Positions 59,474 through 64,000 of a stretch of DNA of 64,000 nt are shown here, piece by piece; the stretch's first letter is position 1; each line of letters opens with the position of its first letter. The translations under genes and the position numbers were made by a program. Under the pieces are notes generated by a model, which saw only the letters and a list, made by a program, of their open reading frames with translations, had not been told where the DNA came from and made no database searches. The stretch comes from Candidatus Latescibacterota bacterium (GTDB lineage Bacteria > Latescibacterota > UBA2968): the NCBI GenBank assembly GCA_965204375.1, contig OZ241986.1, positions 5,120,001 to 5,184,000 on the forward strand, in the 5' to 3' direction.

Positions 59474-59613
59474 GATATTCTGAGTAATGATATATTGTGC
59501 ATTTGTCAAGGATGTATTGTACTGAGACAAACCCTGAAAATTGGCTTGCACTTTACCGTTTTGATTGCTATTTTTTCAAAAAAAGCGAACGTCCGCTTGC
59601 AGGAGAAGAATAG

Positions 59614-60639
59614 ATGGGCACACAAATAGAAGTCGGCTCTCTCGAAGACGAAATAGAAACCTGTTTTGAACGCGGCTGGAGCGACGGCTTGCCCGTCGTG
59701 CCACCCACTGAAGAACGCGTATTGCGCATGCTATCTGGAACAACCCGCTCCCCCGACGAATTGGTAGGCATTGTCCCCCCCAATTACAACAAATGCACCG
59801 TTGAAAAAGTCGCCATCAACGCTGTTCTCGCCGGATGCAAACCCGAATATCTCCCCGTCGTACTCGCAGCGGTTGAAGCCGCACTCACAGAGGCCTTCTG
59901 CATGCACGGACTGCTCGCCACCACATTCTTTGCTGGACCCCTGATCGTCGTCAACGGACCGATCACACGCGAAATCGGCATGAATGCGCGGGTCAATGCG
60001 CTCGGGCAGGGCAACCGCGCCAACGCGACCATCGGACGCGCCCTTCAACTCGTCATCCGCAACATCGGCGGCGGCATCCCCGGCGGCATTGATCGCGCCA
60101 TGCTCGGCAACCCGGGCAAATACACCTTCTGCTTTGCCGAACGCGAAGACGATTCGCCCTGGGAATCCCTCGCCGTCGAAAGGGGGTTTGCACCCGACGC
60201 ATCCACAGTCTCGCTCTTTGCAGCCAGCGGTGTCACCCCCATCATGGATCAGGCGTCCCGAGATCCCGACGCGCTCTGTCGATCCTTCGCCGCCTGCCTC
60301 AAAGCCGACGGCCATCCCAAACACGCAAACAGCCCGCCCCCCGTACTGGTCATATCGCCGGAACACACCCGCCGCTATGCAGACGCAGGCTGGTCAAAAA
60401 CCCGATTCCGCGACACATTAAATCAGTACCTCCAACTCCCCGTCGCAGAACTGCTCGAAGGCGCGGGCGGCATCCCGGAAGGCATTTCAAAACAACGGAC
60501 AAAAGACAACGAAACAATACCCAAATTTCGCAACAACACCTTGCACATCGTCCGCGCAGGCGGAGACGCGGGCTTATTCTCTGCCCTCATCAGCAGTTGG
60601 GGAGGCAGCCAATCCCTCACAAAGGAGATTACACCATGA
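59614..60639 (+). CDS. Conserved partner protein of UGSC-family (seleno)proteins
   Basis: GWSDGLPVVPPT, TVEKVAINAVLAGC, RANATIGRA, GNPGKY; ATGA-coupled to the UGSC gene. Confidence 0.75.
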   Translation: MGTQIEVGSLEDEIETCFERGWSDGLPVVPPTEERVLRMLSGTTRSPDELVGIVPPNYNKCTVEKVAINAVLAGCKPEYLPVVLAAVEAALTEAFCMHGLLATTFFAGPLIVVNGPITREIGMNARVNALGQGNRANATIGRALQLVIRNIGGGIPGGIDRAMLGNPGKYTFCFAEREDDSPWESLAVERGFAPDASTVSLFAASGVTPIMDQASRDPDALCRSFAACLKADGHPKHANSPPPVLVISPEHTRRYADAGWSKTRFRDTLNQYLQLPVAELLEGAGGIPEGISKQRTKDNETIPKFRNNTLHIVRAGGDAGLFSALISSWGGSQSLTKEITP

Positions 60640-61151
60640 AAACAACCTTACTCGACCCCACATCCGAGCAAAAACCAGCACAGAGAGAACGGGTAAAACG
60701 CCCGCAATCACTCGACGGACTGACCATCGGGCTTCTCGACATATCCAAAAGTCGGGGCGACGTATTCCTCGACCGCATCGAAACGCATCTCACACAGCGC
60801 AACCTCAAAGTCAACCGCTACACCAAACCCACATTCACGCGCCCGGCACCCATCGAACTCCAGCAACAAATCGCCACCGAGTGCGATGTCGTCGTCGAAG
60901 GCCTGGCGGATTGAGGGTCCTGTACAACGTGCAGTGTGCACGACACGACCAACCTGGAAACGCGCGGCATACCCACCGTCTTTGTCGCATCCGAGCCGTT
61001 CCGAGAAGCAGCCGATGCCCAGTCAACCGCCCTGGGATTTAATCCCGCTCGCGTCTTCGTCGCCCATCCCATTCAGGATCGCACCGACGAAGAAATGCAG
61101 GCACTCGCCGATGGCGCTATTGAACGCATCATGAAAAGAATTAGTAGATAA
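60636..61151 (+). CDS. UGSC-family selenoprotein (Sec at in-frame TGA 60912-60914), 171 aa
   Basis: Track ORFs 60597..60914 and 60936..61151 share a frame and join as GLAD-U-GSCTTCSVHD; SD AAGGAG at the start; SECIS-like hairpin after the UGA. Confidence 0.88.
60915..60950 (+). promoter_or_regulatory. Putative bacterial SECIS element
   Basis: GGTC/GACC, TGT/ACA, ACAA bulge, CGTGCA/TGCACG stem and a G-containing apical loop starting 19 nt after the UGA. Confidence 0.65.
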
Positions 61152-61169
61152 AAAAGGATCTACCCCCCA

Positions 61170-61577
61170 ATGAACGACGAAAAACTCACCAAAACAGACC
61201 GAGAATGGCGGGAACAACTCACGCCCGAACAATACTATGTCTGTCGTCAAAAAGGCACGGAACGCGCCTTCACCGGCATGTACTGGGACTGCCGTGAGGA
61301 AGGCGTATATCGCTGTGTGTGCTGCAATGCCGAACTCTTCCGCTCAGAACAGAAATTCGACTCCCACTGCGGATGGCCCAGCTTTTTTGACGCCATTGAC
61401 CCCGACCGCATCAACCAGCACGAAGACCTGAGCTTTGGCATGCGCCGCATCGAGGTTACCTGCGCCCGCTGCGATGCCCACCTGGGCCACATCTTCGACG
61501 ACGGACCCGCCCCCACGGGCCTGCGCTATTGCATCAACTCCGTAGCCATTCATCTGGACCGCGATACAGAATCGTAA
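61170..61577 (+). CDS. msrB: Peptide methionine-(R)-sulfoxide reductase
   Basis: [28 protein letters not shown]. Confidence 0.96.
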   Translation: MNDEKLTKTDREWREQLTPEQYYVCRQKGTERAFTGMYWDCREEGVYRCVCCNAELFRSEQKFDSHCGWPSFFDAIDPDRINQHEDLSFGMRRIEVTCARCDAHLGHIFDDGPAPTGLRYCINSVAIHLDRDTES

Positions 61578-61888
61578 TACGTGCGATTTTTTTTCTTCCC
61601 TAAAAACGCGACAAGTTCTACATTAGCAGCCCAACGCTTCATTTCCCCGCAATATTTTGTATATCCCTTATATCCCCTCTCGTGGTCTTTATTTTAGCCA
61701 TTGGTGTATATCATCCATCTGTCATAAAAATTGGACGTTATACCGTCTAGGGAACTCACGTCCGGACAATACTACGTCTGCCGTCAAAGCAGAATCGTGA
61801 AAAGCATCTTTGATCACATTTTGTATCGTCCCATTCGAATCACTTAATTGGCAAAGGTTGAACATCACTATCCCGGAGTCACAAGTCT

Positions 61889-64000
61889 ATGATACGCTCG
61901 CACAGCAGGCCCGTCTTCCTCGCCGTTCTTATCGCCGCACTCTACCTGCTCACCGCCGCCCTGTCTGCAGTGCCTGCACAGGCGGGCGATTGTGCAACAG
62001 TGCAGGCATTCCCCTGTGGTGAAGAAGAATGTGGCGCCACAGTATTCATAAATGAGAATAATGTAAGAATGATCCCTGCCAATGTGAACTGGCTGCAGGC
62101 AACGCCTGCAGGGAACATATTTGACAAGGGAACCACGGTAACACTGAAGATACTCTCCAGCGCACCAAGCAATGCCCATATCTTCTTTCAGGGCAACAAC
62201 TGCACAGGAGTAGGGATCGTGGTAACACCGCCGCAAGGTACTCCACCGCCACAGGATCCACCGCCACAGGATCCACCGCCACAGGATCCACCGCCACAGC
62301 CGCCACCACAGCCGCCACCACAGCCGCCACCACAGCCGCCACCACAGCCGCCACCACCAACCCCTTCGGTGACAATCACAGCGAATCCTACAACCATCAC
62401 GGAAGGCACATCTGCGACATTCACAATCACAGCTAACCCTGCACCGGCAAACACAATAACCGTGAACGTCAACGTCAGTCAGAACGGCACTTTCATCAGT
62501 GGCTCAACAGGCACGCACACGGTCATCATCGGCACCTCCGGCACCGCCACATTGATAGCCAATACTGTAAATGATAATACAGATGAGCCGAATGGCTCGA
62601 TAACAGCCCAAGTGCAAGGTGGAACAGGCTATACAGTAGGCTCTCCATCTTCAGCAACCGTCAATGTCAACGACAACGACGTATCTGGAGGAGGGAGTCA
62701 ACCGCCGATAGTGACCCCACCACCACAACAACCACAGCCACCGCCACCACCACCGCCAACCCCTTCGGCGACAATCACAGTGGGGACCTCACCTATCACT
62801 GAAGGCACGGATGCGACGTTCACAATCACAGCCTCCCCTGCTCCGTCAGCCACAATAACCGTGAGGGTGAATGTCACTCAAACGGGTAGTGTCCTCAGCG
62901 GCACACCGCCTTCAACCGTCACCATCGGCACCTCTGGCACCGCCACACTGACGGTAGCAACAGATGACGATAATACAGATGAGCCAAATGGCTCAATAAC
63001 AGCCCAAGTGCAAAGCGGAACAGGCTATACAGCAGGCACTCCATCCTCGGCAACCGTCAACGTAAACGACAACGATATTCCAAAGGTGACAATCACAGCA
63101 AATACGTCACCCGTCACCGAAGGTACGGATGCGACATTCACAATCACAGCGAACCCTGCACCTACAACCTCATTAAACATGATGGTGGATGTCTCTCAGA
63201 CCGGCAACTTCATCAGCGGTTCACCGGGCATGCGCTTGGTCACCATCAACGCCAACAATACCACCGCCACACTGACAGTAGAAACGGACAACGATAATAC
63301 AGATGAGCCAAATGGCTCGATAACAGCGCAAGTGCAAAGCGGAACAGGCTACACAGTAGGCTCTCCATCTTCAGCACCCGTCACCGTCAATGACAACGAC
63401 ATTCCGCAGATGACAATCACAGCGAATCCTACAACCATCACTGAAGGCACGGCTGCGACATTCACAATCACAGCGAACCCCAGACCGGCAACCGCAATAA
63501 CTGTGAACGTAAGCGTCACCCAAACCGGCAAGGTCTTCAGGGGCACACCGCCTTCAACTGTCACCTTCCGCGCCAACCAGACCACCGCTACCCTCACAGT
63601 AGCAACAGATGACGACAATGTAGATGAAATCGCCAGCCAGGTAACAGCGCAAGTGCAAGCCGGAACAGGCTATACAGTAGGCTCTCCATCTTCAGCAACC
63701 GTTACCGTCAATGACAACGACATTCCGCAGATGACAATCACAGCGAATCGCGCAAGCGTCACTGAAGGCACGGCTGCGACATTCACAATCACAGCGAACC
63801 CCAGACCGGCAACCGCAATAACTGTGAACGTAAGCGTCACCCAAACCGGCGATATCCTCAGCGGCACACCGCCCTCAACAATCACCATCAGCACCAAAAA
63901 TACCACCCTCACAGTCGCAACGGATGACGACGACGTGCGCGAATCCGATGGTACCGTAATGGCACAGATAACGACAGGTGTGGGCTACACAGTGGGCACA
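61889..64000 (+). CDS. Large secreted/surface protein with Pro-rich linkers and tandem Calx-beta-like repeats (runs off the window)
   Basis: Not in the ORF track. ATG 61889 gives a signal peptide (MIRSHSRPVFLAVLIAALYLLTAALSAVPAQA), a Cys-containing N-domain, PPPQ tracts, then ~95-aa repeats (TITEGTxATFTITA...TxDDxxDEPNGSITAQVQxGTGYTVGSPSSATVxVNDND). Confidence 0.85.
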   Translation, partial: MIRSHSRPVFLAVLIAALYLLTAALSAVPAQAGDCATVQAFPCGEEECGATVFINENNVRMIPANVNWLQATPAGNIFDKGTTVTLKILSSAPSNAHIFFQGNNCTGVGIVVTPPQGTPPPQDPPPQDPPPQDPPPQPPPQPPPQPPPQPPPQPPPPTPSVTITANPTTITEGTSATFTITANPAPANTITVNVNVSQNGTFISGSTGTHTVIIGTSGTATLIANTVNDNTDEPNGSITAQVQGGTGYTVGSPSSATVNVNDNDVSGGGSQPPIVTPPPQQPQPPPPPPPTPSATITVGTSPITEGTDATFTITASPAPSATITVRVNVTQTGSVLSGTPPSTVTIGTSGTATLTVATDDDNTDEPNGSITAQVQSGTGYTAGTPSSATVNVNDNDIPKVTITANTSPVTEGTDATFTITANPAPTTSLNMMVDVSQTGNFISGSPGMRLVTINANNTTATLTVETDNDNTDEPNGSITAQVQSGTGYTVGSPSSAPVTVNDNDIPQMTITANPTTITEGTAATFTITANPRPATAITVNVSVTQTGKVFRGTPPSTVTFRANQTTATLTVATDDDNVDEIASQVTAQVQAGTGYTVGSPSSATVTVNDNDIPQMTITANRASVTEGTAATFTITANPRPATAITVNVSVTQTGDILSGTPPSTITISTKNTTLTVATDDDDVRESDGTVMAQITTGVGYTVGT
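62243..62359 (+). repeat. Coding tandem repeats (15-bp CCACCGCCACAGGAT and 12-bp CCGCCACCACAG)
   Basis: Encode (PPPQD)3 followed by (PPPQ)n. Confidence 0.85.

Noticed and set aside
60597-61151. Two separate small genes or a nonsense pseudogene
   Set aside because: Same frame, the UGA falls at the redox-motif position, and a SECIS-like stem follows; one selenoprotein is the better explanation.
61780-61860. c-di-GMP-I riboswitch upstream of the adhesin-like gene
   Set aside because: GGCAAA and GGGACG-like pieces are on opposite strands and in the wrong order; the consensus is not met.
62188-62472. Gly/Cys-rich (GGGC)n minus-strand ORF resembling a RiPP precursor or metallothionein
   Set aside because: It is the antisense reading of the PPPQ linker repeats of the plus-strand surface protein; no modifying enzymes are nearby.

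Overview
Bacterial genomic window, mostly coding. The gene content (three PhyH dioxygenases, aldo/keto reductases, a DUF6785-type transporter, WD40/Sel1/Calx-beta-like repeat proteins, an Rpn nuclease, many toxin-antitoxin-like modules) resembles that of marine or sponge-associated symbionts; this taxonomic and ecological reading is inference only. The metabolic backbone carries urea/amide ABC uptake (urtA, porin, urtB), a pectin/uronate catabolic cluster, an ECF sigma/anti-sigma/HtrA-like operon, acs, bioAD, rnd and msrB. Accessory inserts interrupt it. The main candidates for a second look are: (1) a four-gene island at 10118-16022 encoding an N6-adenine DNA methyltransferase, a MORC/GHKL-ATPase fused to a histidine kinase, a receiver-domain protein and an unknown HxH protein, with no recognisable restriction nuclease; (2) a selenoprotein missed by the ORF track, with an in-frame UGA in a UGSC motif and a SECIS-like hairpin, lying between a conserved partner gene and msrB; (3) a defence/TA hotspot at about 20.6-28.5 kb, including an AT-rich Zn-finger plus membrane protein pair; (4) an Rpn gene with an internal Shine-Dalgarno/ATG; (5) an XRE / DUF4258-like / HEPN module with a palindromic operator; (6) an HtrA homologue that appears catalytically dead. 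No rRNA, tRNA, CRISPR array or intact transposase was recognised. All family assignments come from motif recognition by eye, not database searches.
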